Shown one piece after another: positions 12,228 through 24,563 of a stretch of DNA of 64,000 nt; positions within the stretch are counted from its first letter, which is position 1, and every line of letters begins with the position of its first letter. Location of the stretch: assembly GCF_036321535.1 (NCBI RefSeq), contig NC_087447.1, positions 45,260,001 to 45,324,000 of the forward strand, written 5' to 3'. This DNA comes from Camelus dromedarius (lineage: Eukaryota). A model generated the notes under the pieces. It was not told the DNA's origin. It did not search any database and saw only the letters and a list, made by a program, of their open reading frames with translations. The position numbers and the translations under genes were made by a program.

Positions 12228-13692
12228 TATGTGTATGTGTTTTATTGCTGCATAATAAATACTGACCAATTCCCTAATTAACACACTTGTAGGGAAAAAA
12301 TGCTTTTTTTTATCTGAGATAAATTGTGTTTGTTAAAACTGTTAAAATGAATATTTAAGTAGGGACTGATAGCTAAGTAAATTATAAATAATGAAACTTT
12401 TTATACTATTGTTGTGTGAACTAAATGTTAAAAGGCTTCTTTAAGGAACTACGATGAAAACATATCAATATGGGTTTAAAAATAATGAGCAATTGTCCGG
12501 TTTATACCTGAGTTGTGTCTTATAACTCTCTTTTCCGCTAATAATTAAAGTCTATTTTTCTACATTGTTCGTAAAAATGTTCTTGTAGTTATCGGCTTTC
12601 CAAATGTTGAGGAGTATTTCCTGTGAATTATAATCCATACCTAGCTGAATAATTGGCATGAGAATTATTTCCAATCTACTGTCTATAAGCCAGTATAAAT
12701 AAAGTTTTGAATATATTTGTTTAGCAGAAATTTCTTCATTTGAGTTTCAGATTTACTTTACTTGCCTCTTCAACATTTAGTCAAGAGTTGTTTATTAAAT
12801 TCCTGATTCTCAGCTTTTTTGAGTTAAAATCCACAATAGATTTTGTTTTCACGAACACGTCAAATATAGAAAATGTCATTTAGCACTCTAAGCTGTTTAA
12901 CATTTCAAAAGAACTTGTCTCAGAGACATTGGACTTGAATATAGAGACTAATAATTAAATCTGACTCTAAACCATTGTTACCTATAATCTGTCTTTCATT
13001 GTAAATGCAGATTGTCACCCAGGAAACTTCTGTTTCCCAGTTAATAATATAAGATATTTGCCTTAGATACATCACTTTGGCACAGTTCACATAAATATTG
13101 GCCACATTCCCACCAGTAACACCCCCCATCACACTGCAGCCATTCAAACGTGGTACAGCTCTGTAAGGAGGTATTTAAAAGGAATGTGCAGTTAGTAAAC
13201 ATCCCAGGAGACTTGACATTCCTCTTCTATCTCTCTCCAGGTAAGTTTGTCTCATAAACCTAATGACAAAATTCTGTAACCACTGAGCCCTCAAACCTAA
13301 CACCATGCTTGCCACATTGTGGGTTTCAATAAATATTGCTGAGTGAATAATCAGCTATGTGTCTTATAAGCAAACAAAAAGCAAAGTTTGTAAGAAAAAT
13401 ACACCGTCAATAGAATTATATTCATTTCACCCCAAAATCACTATATTTTTTAAACCCAGGGTTGAGTAAAGAACAGTGACTAAATATTTGTGCTAAGAGG
13501 ATTGGAAGTCAAAAACCACTTTAGGGAAGAATTTTCCTAATCAACATGAGTAACAGGAAATGATGAGAGATCGTGGTTGTCCAATAATCAGATCTATATT
13601 TTGGAATTCTATTGAGATGTGTTTGTCATCTAAACTTTTAATAGACTCTGCCACACACCAGTGCTTTCGATGATTGATACATGACTCCGAAA

Positions 13693-13746
13693 ATGTATAG
13701 AAAGTTTATACTTTCTGTAAGTATAAAGTATAAACTTTCTATACAT
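13693..13746. repeat. Perfect 22-bp inverted repeat with a 10-nt spacer
   Basis: ATGTATAGAAAGTTTATACTTT (13693-13714) is the exact reverse complement of AAAGTATAAACTTTCTATACAT (13725-13746). Confidence 0.97.
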
Positions 13747-15642
13747 GTGAGGATTTACTTTCCATTTGAAGATGTCGGAGGCTTATGCAAATTTCAGTGA
13801 AATAGCAAATGTTTCCGTGATGTCAGCTGACTCCTAGTTATTCATGTCCAAAACAAATTAATTAAATAATCACTTAATGGACAATGTATCTACTTTACTT
13901 TCTTATAAATATTTGATCTACAAGTTTTCCCTGGATAACAGAAGAAAAGGAAAAAAACACACTTATACTATAAATAGGAACACAAACCATGTATACATGA
14001 TTCTAGTATAGAAATCCATGGAACCAACTCTTGGTTTCTGACATTCCTGTAGAGTTACTGCTTGCTGAGCAGTCCTCCTCCTCCCCTGCAGAGGGTAATT
14101 CCTCAGCAGTGACTCCTGACTATTTGAGGTCAGGAAGATGATAATTCACAAAGTAATTGCTGATTGCATAAGCTGTTTGCTGATTCTATGAAACCTGAAA
14201 ACATTTAGGTGCTTGTAGTCTACTCAGTTGTCTGGAAGGCATCTGGTTGCTTGTGCTCAAATGTATAACCATCACCAAATAGACACTTATTAGAAAATCA
14301 TACAAAATTATATAGGATCCTGAGTCCACACTATATCAGCCCATTTAGAAAATGTATCCAGTTGATACTGGAGTATTGGATAGTCTCCTGACGAGGAAAT
14401 GACCTTGGAGATAATCCTAGCTAGGGAGACAGACTCCCCGACCTTTGTTCCTACTTATCACCCTGTAAAACAGTGTCTGCGGGAAGAGCACTCTCATCTC
14501 ACTGAATTGTTACCGCGCAGCAAAGTCGCCTTGTCCTAGCAGAGCAGAGCAGATCAGGCCTGGAGACGGCTTCGATGAGCTCAGGCTGGACCTCTCTGTG
14601 GAACTGAGGAAGTGCGCAGATGGTGAGCCGTGTCCAGGGGCCCATCCATCACCCTCTTTACCACCCTCTCCTTTGTAAGGTTCTCCCACTTCCTGGGACC
14701 ACACACGTCCATGCAATGTGGGTTTTGTTTAGTTCTATATGACATTTAGCCGTATAAACTTTTCTGTGAGACTCTGTGAGGCCCTGAGTTCAGGGATCCT
14801 ATCCTCCCATAACTCTTGTTCTAGTTCCTTCTCTGTCTTCTCTCTCCATTGACTACCCAGCACCAGCCCGGGAGGAAGACATATGCACTCACGACAAGAT
14901 CAGACAAAAGAATCACCCTTTTCTGGTACAACACAGTATCACAGAATCCACTATTTAATAGACTATTGCCTTTGTCATTTAACTTGTAAGGAATGACCTT
15001 TATTACTCAGAGATTTTTTTTCTGGAAAATCTGAAAACAGCCTCTCATCAGCTTAGCTGAATCATGTTCAGTATTTCATTTTCTTAATTAGGAGCAGACC
15101 TAGTGCCCCCCTCCTCCCAAAAAGGAGTATAAGAGGTTGTTTTTTTTTTTTTTTTCACTATGTCAAAATCCAGGTATTTTACCACTTTAAGAAGAAAAAA
15201 TGCTGAGTTCAAAGGAAACCTTGTTAAATAAAAAGAGGTGAAAGAGAATTTCTACATATCATTGGCCTTCTTAGGACGGAGGCTGAGGTTGTGAATCATA
15301 AGTTATTTTTAAGGCACCAGCCTCATAGGAGGAGATGAAACCTAAAAATGCTTTTTCCCTTATCCTCTGCACACAGGCAGCATTTCTAATTGATGATGGA
15401 GAACAAGGAGGAAATGGGGGGGGGGGGTGAGTGACGAGCCTCTTCAAGGAGGCTCCCACTCCCTGCTCCTTGTCCTTTCTGGTATCAAAGTTAGGCCTGT
15501 GATGAAAAGGACATCTTCCTCTTGCTCCCTGGGGTGGGAATCAGTGAGTGTTCACCTCCTTTTCATGTATAGCAGCTTCTCCAAGCCTTGTCTCTGCATC
15601 TGTATAATCATCTAAAATAACTCTCAAGGCATTATGGATTAC

Positions 15643-15666
15643 TATTATTATTATTATTATTATTAT
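15643..15666. repeat. (TAT)8 microsatellite
   Basis: Direct reading. Confidence 0.9.
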
Positions 15667-17149
15667 TTAATGTTGAAATAAAGAACCTTTTGTATGAATC
15701 AGAAGTCATTATTTACATTGATTGAAGACCATAGTCTGACTCTGGATCACTAAATATCCCAATTATTTTCCATTTTAAATCATGCTAAGTTATGTTATTC
15801 AATCTTGCCCCTAAAATAATTCATTTAATGGAATATATTATGAGCCTCTTACTGTGTTTATGGGCATTTTTGGAAACTTGAATTTTAAATACTTACAATA
15901 TCTCCATTCAGAAATAATTCTCTTTCTCTACCACCTAACCCTTCAACCCTAGAGCTTTGAATGGAGTGAAAAACTCAAGGTAAGTGTATGATCTGCAACT
16001 ATGAAGCCTCTGGCCCCGAGTCCCTGGTGAGTAGGTAAGTCTCCACAGGGCATCTCCTTTAATGCATTCTAGATGTATGCCCAACTTAGTCTACGAGCAG
16101 TAAAATGAGGACAAGGGATTTCGTGTCATAGCTTATCTCCCAGCTATCAAGGAAAGAGTATGCAAAAATAATTAACTTAAGAGAATATCCAAAAAATTAT
16201 TTTCTAGTGTATAAATCATAAATGCTCTACTCTGACAATCCCCAGCCTTTCTGAGCTAGAAGTTCTGGAAGGACATAATTTTTGTCATCTCTATTTCATC
16301 AAGTATAGAAAATTAAAACCCCAAGAAGGGAAGAAAAAGGTAAATCGTATACTTAGCACAATGAAAAAAGTCTATGGTTCAAATATCAAACATTATTTTC
16401 CTTGGGGAAGGAATGATGGGCAGATAAAAGGAGAGAGGAATCTGGAGATTTTTCTACACATCAATCTCTTTCAGTTTTCCAGGGTCATATTCGTTCATAC
16501 ATCTTATTGTAAGTTCTGACATCAAATTTCACTTTGTGAAGTTAAAACACTCATGAATGTTTGAGAATGACGATGGTAGTGGAAGCAAGGAGAGCAGTTG
16601 TAATGTTAATAGTGATGTTGATTAGATGGAGAGGCAGGATTTGTAGTGGTTGGGTACAAATAGTAGAGACAGACTAGTATTGAATCTTCCCTGGATCACA
16701 GATTATCTGTGTTCCTGTGAACAGTTTATTGAACTATGTATACTTCATAAGATTGTTATGAATATTAAGTGAAATAATGCAAAACATTCAGGACAGAACT
16801 CAGTACTTTTAGAAACCCAATACTATAATAATTTCTGTTGTATTAGTAACTTTTATTATAATAGAAAATGATTCCTAGCTTAGATTAATCCCCTTTGTAA
16901 GGTTTTGTCTGGTCACTCAATTTCCTCTAACATTTATCTTTCTATAAATGCCACTGTTTCCTGAATGGACTGATCACTTGTTTTGTGCTATGTTTTGCAG
17001 CTCCATTCCTGATCTTTTACTTTTCTCTCAGTATAAAAAGTCTATCTTATTCATTATGATGATATGATGATGATAATGATGATGAAAATGACCCCACGGA
17101 TGACAGCCTATGGCTACAGTAACCAACAGATTATAAGCCAAATGTGAAG

Positions 17150-18088
17150 TCACATTTCGATGCGGTGAAACACGCGGACAATGGCTCGGCGGATCTCCTT
17201 GGTCTTGGCGCTATAAGTGAGAGGGTTGAGCACAGGAGGTACAAAGAGGTAGACATTGGACAAGACGACATGTATGTAGCGTGGGGCATTTTTCCCAAAG
17301 CGGTGCACTGTGGAGACCCCGATCATTGGCACATAAAACGCAAGTACAGCCAAGATATGTGCCACACACGTGTTGAGAGCTTTGAGGCGTTCTTCATGGG
17401 AAGCAATGGCCATGACCGAGCGCAGAATGAGCACATAGGAGAGGAAGATACATAAGAGGTCCATGCCAAAGGTGGATATGAGAACAAAGAGTCCATAGAT
17501 GCTGTTGATAGTGATATCAGCACAGGCCAGCTTCATCATGTCTGGGTGAAGGCAGTAAGAGTGGGAAAGGACATTGGATCTGCAGATAGGCAGCCTCTTG
17601 ATGAGGAAGGGAAGGGGAAAGAGGGTGACGAAGCTCCGAGCAATCACCACTAAACCCATTCCAGCAATGACTTCGTTGGTGAGCACAGTCGCATAGCGCA
17701 AGGGGTCACAAATGGCCACGTAGCGGTCAAAGCTCATGGCCAGCAGAATGCCTGACTCCATCATGGAGAAGGAATGGATGAGAAACATCTGGATGAGACA
17801 GGCATGGAAATCAATGTTGCGGGCATTGAGGCAGAAGGTCCTGAGCACGGTAGGCAGTGTGGCCATGGACATGGCCACATCACTGAAGGACAGCAGGGAC
17901 AGGAAGTAGTACATGGGCTCGTGCAGGCTGGGCTCCACTCGCACCGCCTGCAGGATCACTGCGTTGCCCCCAAGAGCCACGGCATACATCACACAGAGGG
18001 GACCGGCTAGCCAGATCTGAGAACTCTCCAGACCGGGAATGCCAGTCAGAAGGAAGAAAGCAGGGTGAGTGACGTTGAACAATCCCAT
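17150..18088 (-). CDS. OR51I2: Olfactory receptor 51I2 (312 aa)
   Basis: N-terminus MGLFNVTHPAFFLLTGIPGLE and the body match recalled human OR51I2 closely. MSFDRYVAIC and PPVLNP are intact and the ORF is full length. Confidence 0.95.
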   Translation of the reverse strand: MGLFNVTHPAFFLLTGIPGLESSQIWLAGPLCVMYAVALGGNAVILQAVRVEPSLHEPMYYFLSLLSFSDVAMSMATLPTVLRTFCLNARNIDFHACLIQMFLIHSFSMMESGILLAMSFDRYVAICDPLRYATVLTNEVIAGMGLVVIARSFVTLFPLPFLIKRLPICRSNVLSHSYCLHPDMMKLACADITINSIYGLFVLISTFGMDLLCIFLSYVLILRSVMAIASHEERLKALNTCVAHILAVLAFYVPMIGVSTVHRFGKNAPRYIHVVLSNVYLFVPPVLNPLTYSAKTKEIRRAIVRVFHRIEM

Positions 18089-19450
18089 GACAAGAGGAAG
18101 CCAGAGAGCTTTTCAGGGTCAGACCTTCTGATTGAGAGATTTGTGAGAATTGCACTTACTGGAGGAGAGGGAATCAGGGAGTAAAAGACACAGCAGGAGG
18201 TGTCTACACAGTATGAGCTGATGCACTCGTGAAATCACTGGTTCGGGGACACTGCAGGCAAACTTCTTTTCTTCATGTTTTATGATCATCAAGGCATGGG
18301 CTGGGCTATTGTTTTCTGGAATATTTTATGGCCTGGGCTCTGTTTTATGGAAAAAGGAAGATATTGATAAATGCTTAAACATATCAGTCACCAAGAAAAA
18401 ACTTTAACGATATTGTCCACAATTTTAACTGCTTTACAAGCATCATTGAATGCAAATATGTTAACTACAAATCAGAGATCGTTTTTATAAAAGAACACTG
18501 AGGATTTGAGTCATCAGTAACTGTTGGAAGTATTTAAATTTTTCCCTGAAATTGTTTTATTCTGACATGTCACTGATTAATAAACACTCACCAGAGTGAG
18601 TTTCAATGATGATGTGTGTTTGCTCAGGAAGAGGATGGGGCAGTGGGACGCTGAGGAAACTGACAGCCTCTGGACACCAGCCTTTCATTGGCAGAGTTGT
18701 TGCATGAAAGCAACAAAGAAACCACTTATTTGTGCAAAGGCAGAAAGCTGTTTCTGTTTTTGGAAAAATATATGAATACTCCTCTAAATCCGCTCTAGGT
18801 ACACTGACATTCTGCCTGTCTAAACACTTCAGTTTTTTAATTCACATTTTTTATTAAAGTATATTGTTAATATAAGGACCATAGTTTTTATCTTTGTCAC
18901 AGTTATAAACATTTAAAAATGCTTATCTATGTATGATTCATCTGAAGTTTATGACAAGCTGATTTCTTCTACTCTTTTAATCTCCTGAGGGACTTTTACA
19001 TACTATTTCTCAGAAATCGTAAGATGAGAACAAAGTTAGACCACGTGAGCTGGCATTGCTGTTAGTTTGAGTCATGGCATTGGTAGAGATGACTTTGCTT
19101 CTGGATTGTTAAAAATTTTTCTTGTACTCAGAGTCCTGCTTTCCTCTCTGAACTTGCAACAATGTTAATGAGTCAGAGAAACATGGATCTCAAGGAAACT
19201 GATTCTGGAAAGGGGGCAATCTAGAGAATACAGTGAATTACCCAGAGTCACACAATCAGATAGTGCCATGGCAAGAACCCCAAGTCCACGGAACTTTCCA
19301 CCTGCTCTGCCCACTCAGCTCAGATGCTTCTATCTGATAACCACCACTCAGTCTCTCCCTCAGCACCTCACCCTACCCCTTTCCCAGTTTAACCCTTTCT
19401 TGGGGCAGGCTTCAGGACAGTCCGCTAGCTCACCCCGACTGGGTTTCAGA

Positions 19451-19640
19451 ACTCACCAGAAGACAGACAGATGAGAGACACCCGCAGAATAACACATCCT
19501 TCTCTCTGCTTGCAACAGTGTGTTCACACTTCCCACTATTATGTTTCACTCTAAACCCCTGGAGAGAGAGCAAAGAGTGATGCTGACTTCATGTCTGAAA
19601 ACACATCAGGAAGGCTCTAGTCTCCTGAGGTTTTCCACGA
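19451..19640 (-). promoter_or_regulatory. Putative promoter / first exon of OR51I2
   Basis: Minus-strand donor CTG|GTGAGT (plus actcac 19451-19456). O/E-like CCCCTGGAGA near 19557 and TCTCCTGAGG near 19621. Acceptor ctcctccag at 18159-18160. Confidence 0.45.
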
Positions 19641-19716
19641 CTACTGAGAATAAAGCACATACTCTTAGCTGAAAAAGAACTCAGCAACCTGCCAGAGCAA
19701 TTCTCTACCCAATGCA

Positions 19717-19735
19717 AGACACCATCTGGTGGCCG
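19717..19735 (-). promoter_or_regulatory. CTCF-like motif
   Basis: The minus strand reads CGGCCACCAGATGGTGTCT, close to the CTCF core TGGCCACCAGGGGGCGCTA. Motif match only. Confidence 0.45.
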
Positions 19736-21419
19736 CTGGGCAGGCATATAAGTGAGGAGCTCGTTACCTTCTAAGAAATCTCAGCATTTTGTGATCTGTT
19801 GACCTAGTACGACAAATAAGGGCTAATGAGAAAATAAGTTTACTTTTCTTACTCCTTTAAATGTACTGAAAGGATTAGTTCTTTCCTTACCCTTGGATGA
19901 GAACTCAGTTCCCTATGGTTCTGGTCACATTCAGAAAATAAAACATCCTCTGGTGACTATTAGACTGCTCAGCCTCTTGGAACAGTCACGCTTTCCAGGG
20001 TTCAGAGGCACAGCCTTTCGTCTTCTCCCATCCTTCACTTGCTAAGCATGTTCTCTGGCTCCTCCTCCCCTGAGAAGCCACAAGGGCAAGGGGAAGATTC
20101 ACAGTTGATTATGGTTCAGTTAGCTGCTGTCATGTGTCCCAGGCATGCTAAGTGTTTAGAGCTGACTCTTTCTTTCATTGGGTGCTTTCCTTGATGAATG
20201 AAGAGCCTTCTCCCCATCTTTTCCTTCTCCACTTGATTTAAACTAATATATGGTTGCCTTTGATTCCATCCACAAGCCAGGCCCCCTTTGTAAAACCATA
20301 CATTCTTCTGGCCAAGATCTCAGACAACAGCACGCTGTAACATGTAGCCCACCCAGGAAATGGTTGCAACAAATGTCCTACCGGAAAACAGGAATAGGCT
20401 CCCATTCAATCTGCTATCAGAACAGCAAGGGAGCTTTTATCGCTCTATTCAGATTTTCAGATATAAGTAAGGAGCCAGTCTGCTATGCCTCGCTTTCCTC
20501 AAATCTCAGGGGACATTTCATCTCATTTTCTTATCTCCTCCTCCCATGGCTCTCTTCTTTTGCCCTTCTTTTCTCTGTGTTCTCTTCCACTTGTCCCTTT
20601 TTATCTTCTTTCACAGCAACAGCTATGGTAGAAGTGATTCTTTTCGCTTGACATCATCAAACTGTGTGCTTTAGCTAATGCTGTTCCTTATCTCCTTATC
20701 TCCTTCACTGCAGAAAACAAAGCAAAGCAAAGCAAAAATGAAAAAAATAAAAGAAAACAAAACTCTGATTCTACATTGCCCAAGCCACTGGACTCCTCTG
20801 ATTATTCAATCAATATAGAGAGAAGTTTTTCTAAGTGCCAAGGCACCATGCAAAGCATTGGCAAGCCTAAGAATGTGACAATATGTTCTTAGTTTTAATC
20901 TTATTTTCTTCATCCCTCTTTTCACTCTAAAATTGCCTCATTACTTGTCTGTTGCCTGTCATCTCCACTATACGATAGACACCAGATAAAGGGCCTGGAC
21001 TATTTTGTTCACGGGTGTATCTGCATTATTTTAAATATTGTAGGACATGCGCTAGACGCTCAATAAGCATCTGCTGAATAAATGAACTTATGACCCCTGT
21101 TCTTTCTGATGAAAACATTGTGAATGTACCTCTTGTTTAACATCTTTGAAGTTTTAGTGTCTTTGCAATTCAAATATTTCTGATCATTTGCATCATAAAT
21201 GCTTTGGCATTCCCACAGTAATTTTTACTTTCCAACAAACTTTCACATTGATTGTGGTAGATTCACTTGTATTTCCAACTGTACCGTGAGTTCTCCTGTA
21301 GAAGGATCGCACTGGTCTTGACCAGGCCCTAGAATAGTGCTTGGGATGTGATACTTGGTGACTGTCTGTTGAATTTATATGGGTTAGTTGTAATCCAACC
21401 CAGGAACTAAAAACTATGA

Positions 21420-21860
21420 TCTAGTTATGGTCCAGTCAGAATATAAGAACCACACCGATTCCTTTAATTGAGAAAAGTTAATGTAAAATAATTTTAACCA
21501 AGCATTAGAGAATGCACAAGACAAAAAGAGGGTATGATGTCATCATTAGAGGTAGGAACTTCAGGAAGCAGCTTCTAACCACAGGACAAGAAGAACAAAG
21601 TGAGACGTTTGGAATGACTAATTCTTAGAAGCTTGAAGAAAGATGAAACCTGTGCCAGAGACTTCTTTAAGCAGGAGAGTTCAGTGAGTAACATAAGCTC
21701 TGTCTACCAGTGTTTCTTAACTGCTGAACCCATCTGGAAGCTAGCTGATATTAGAGTTTGGGATATTCTTCAAGTAATAATTGGACTCCTGTGATGTGGA
21801 CAAGAGCCACAGAAAAGTGAGAAGTGGATCTCAAGGTAAACAGGCCATTTCTTGGTATAG
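21420..21860. mobile_element. Degenerate MLT1-like (ERVL-MaLR) LTR
   Basis: ggtccagtcagaatataagaaccacac..., gctgaacccatctggaagctagctg resembles MLT1. Recognised by eye only. Confidence 0.4.
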
Positions 21861-22599
21861 AGCGTAATATATCCATTCACCTCAATCTTACTATACCACT
21901 AGAACTGTAAGAGACAAGATCTTTCATGGACTTTCATATTCATAGCCAGCGCCATGGAATGTGTCAACTCACTGTAGTCTGTGAAAAATCATGGTATTGA
22001 ACTTCTCATGTTCTGAGAAGTAGAGTTTGTGTTGTATAAAATGATCTTCTCTCTCAAAAGCTAGACAAGCCAGATTTTTCTGGGGACGACTTCAAAATTG
22101 GCACACAATTTAGAACCTACTTATATCCCTAAAACTGTACCCACTCAAGTAGGAGGGAGGATACTTTCTTCATGACATTGTTCACTTCTGCCATGCGAGC
22201 AGTTATCTCACTCTGTTATTATTGGCTCTGGGGGGTTCTGGAGCCTCCACTGGAGAGAGAGCAGTCTGGGGGACGAACCAGGTGCCCCTAGGATGGAGCT
22301 CGGACATGGTATGGAGTGTCAGTTTGTTAGACATTAGTGGTTGACCTTGGGACAAAACAAGTTGCAGCTGAGAAATTGGATTTTGTCTTTAATCATGTGA
22401 AAATATATCAACGATGCCAAGTACATAAAATTTAGCCCATAACTTATACAAATACTGAGTTTATACAGAAGATGTTCAGGGTTGGTTTAAACTGGGACTT
22501 GAGATCATTCATGTTAGGTTGAATTTTCATTGCAGTTGAACTTGGTGTATGCTTTCAGAAGAATGGTCTATGGCTTGCTCCTTCGGTAGTTTTTTTTCC

Positions 22600-22920
22600 T
22601 TTTATTTCAAAAAATTTCCCAACATTTTATCAGGAAGAATTACAACATGGAAAATCTAAAATAATTTTACAGTGAACATCAGTATACCCACCACCTATAT
22701 TATATCAATAATATTTTGCTTGTTTTGTCATGTATCTGCCCACAGAGCCATTCCTTCAACCACTCATCAGTCAACTGATTTTATTGTGCATTTCAGAATA
22801 AGTTGCCACATCAATACACTTCCTCCTAAATGTTTCAACCTTCATATAATTAATTGAAGTTTAATATTTTGTATAGTTCTTTGGGTTCTTTCAAGCATAT
22901 AGTGCACAGATCTTACATGC
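22600..22920 (-). mobile_element. Old L1 (L1MC/ME-like) 3' UTR fragment
   Basis: Recognisable degenerate L1M 3' UTR text (tacagtgaacatcagtatacccacc..., atttcagaataagttgc). Boundaries approximate. Confidence 0.5.
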
Positions 22921-23820
22921 ACATCAGGTAAGTTCTGACAAATTTTTTGGTTTGGTTATGAAACATGGTTTTGGTTTATGACATATTTCTAGGTACTGTC
23001 TGGAGGCCTGTTTGCCTCTGAGAGGCATCTGGACTGTTGAGTGGATTAGCTTTTCAATATTTATCTTCTTTGCAAGAATCAGTGCTGTGTCTATATTGCT
23101 CTGCATAATTTCAGTGCTGACAATAATAGCTGGAGCAAAACAGTGCTCAAAATGCATTTTTCATTTTTTTTTTTTTGGTCTGGTCTTAGTTGAACTGAAC
23201 TAAGTTTGTAATTTTAAGGCCTCATCCAGTGATGGAGTAAAAGGAATGCTTGCATAAGATGCATGTTGAATGGATGTTGATATGCAGTTGAAGTAAATGC
23301 AAAGCACTTCAATTCATATATGGATCTGTAAAGAGACGTGGCAATATGAACTTGTTGGGCATTTTGTTGATCTGTTCATGAGAATGTGGGTGTTTGTTTG
23401 AAACACTATATAGTTTTAGATACGTGAGAAGGGGAGTAAATTTGAAACACATTTGATTATTTCTTTGATTATGTGTATGGGTCTCTACTTATTTCTGAAA
23501 TTGTGTCTCTAATCTGCATTAGTTTCTTATCATTAATGTAAGATGCAGCGTGTATGTTTCCAGATATGTGACTAAAGCATTGGGCAGGTGTATGAAAATA
23601 TTCAGGTTTATCTATACGTGTAGGGATCTAAAAGAGGCAATGTGAATGTTGATAAATAAATAGCTGAATGTGCTTATGGGTGTGTCTGCGGGGGTCTCAG
23701 AATGTCCGTGGTATGAATCTTTGTATGCATTCACGGGATTGCATTCCTTGACTAAGGAAGGATTAACACAGTAATGGAGACAGATGGTGACATCAGCAAC
23801 AATGGGGCTGAGAGGGAGAG

Positions 23821-24037
23821 TCCCCTGGAGTAATTCTCTGGTGGCCAGCTCCTTCCTCATTGATACCACCCTCCCTATTATCTTCCCTCTCCCTCCTCTG
23901 ATCACAACAAACAAGCCTAGGGATCTGATAAATTTATTATGAGTCATAGGAAGCTGAGCTGATGCCGCTCTGCCCGAGGGACCCACGGACCAGTACATCT
24001 AGCCACAGGGAAAAGAAACGTCTGCCACCCAGTGAGT
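23821..24037 (+). promoter_or_regulatory. Putative promoter / first exon of OR51I1
   Basis: O/E-like TCCCCTGGAG (23821-23830) directly followed by homeodomain core TAATT. Donor CCA|GTGAGT with GT at 24032. Confidence 0.45.
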
Positions 24038-24520
24038 GCCACCGCCTTCACATCACTCATGGGGCTGCTAGACAGAACTTACCTCAAACTTTAGCACTCT
24101 TACTGCTACTCCAGGCAGACTCTCTCACAATTCTCCTCTAAATAGGAGCCAGACTTTTTCCTTTCCAAAGCCTATCACAGAACCTGATGCCAGTTTCCCT
24201 TCTTAGAATCAAAATCCTACTACCAAACCACACACGTTTAGATTAAGGGGCTGAGTCATCCTGTCTACATTTTATCTTGAGGGTATCCTATACATTTTTC
24301 TGTTGCAATTTGAATTATTGTCTCCTATACCTAACTCTTGGGTGTGCATCTGTAAACAAACAAACCAAAAAAAAAAACCACAGACCCAAAAGTATTGAAG
24401 TCATTCAACCAATGTGATGTGAGCTTCAATCTTAGCTGGATTTTCAATACTGAGTATGCCATGGGGACGTAACTGATGGGGATATTACTGTGAGTCTGTT
24501 AATGCTGATGTGTTTATGGC

Positions 24521-24522
<2 letters not shown>

Positions 24523-24560
<38 letters not shown>
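24523..24560. repeat. (TG)19 microsatellite
   Basis: Direct reading. Confidence 0.95.

Positions 24561-24563
<3 letters not shown>

Noticed and set aside
14475-14500. CGKSTL looks like a Walker A motif
   Set aside because: There is an in-frame stop a few codons upstream, no GxxG prefix and no ATPase context, so it is a chance match.
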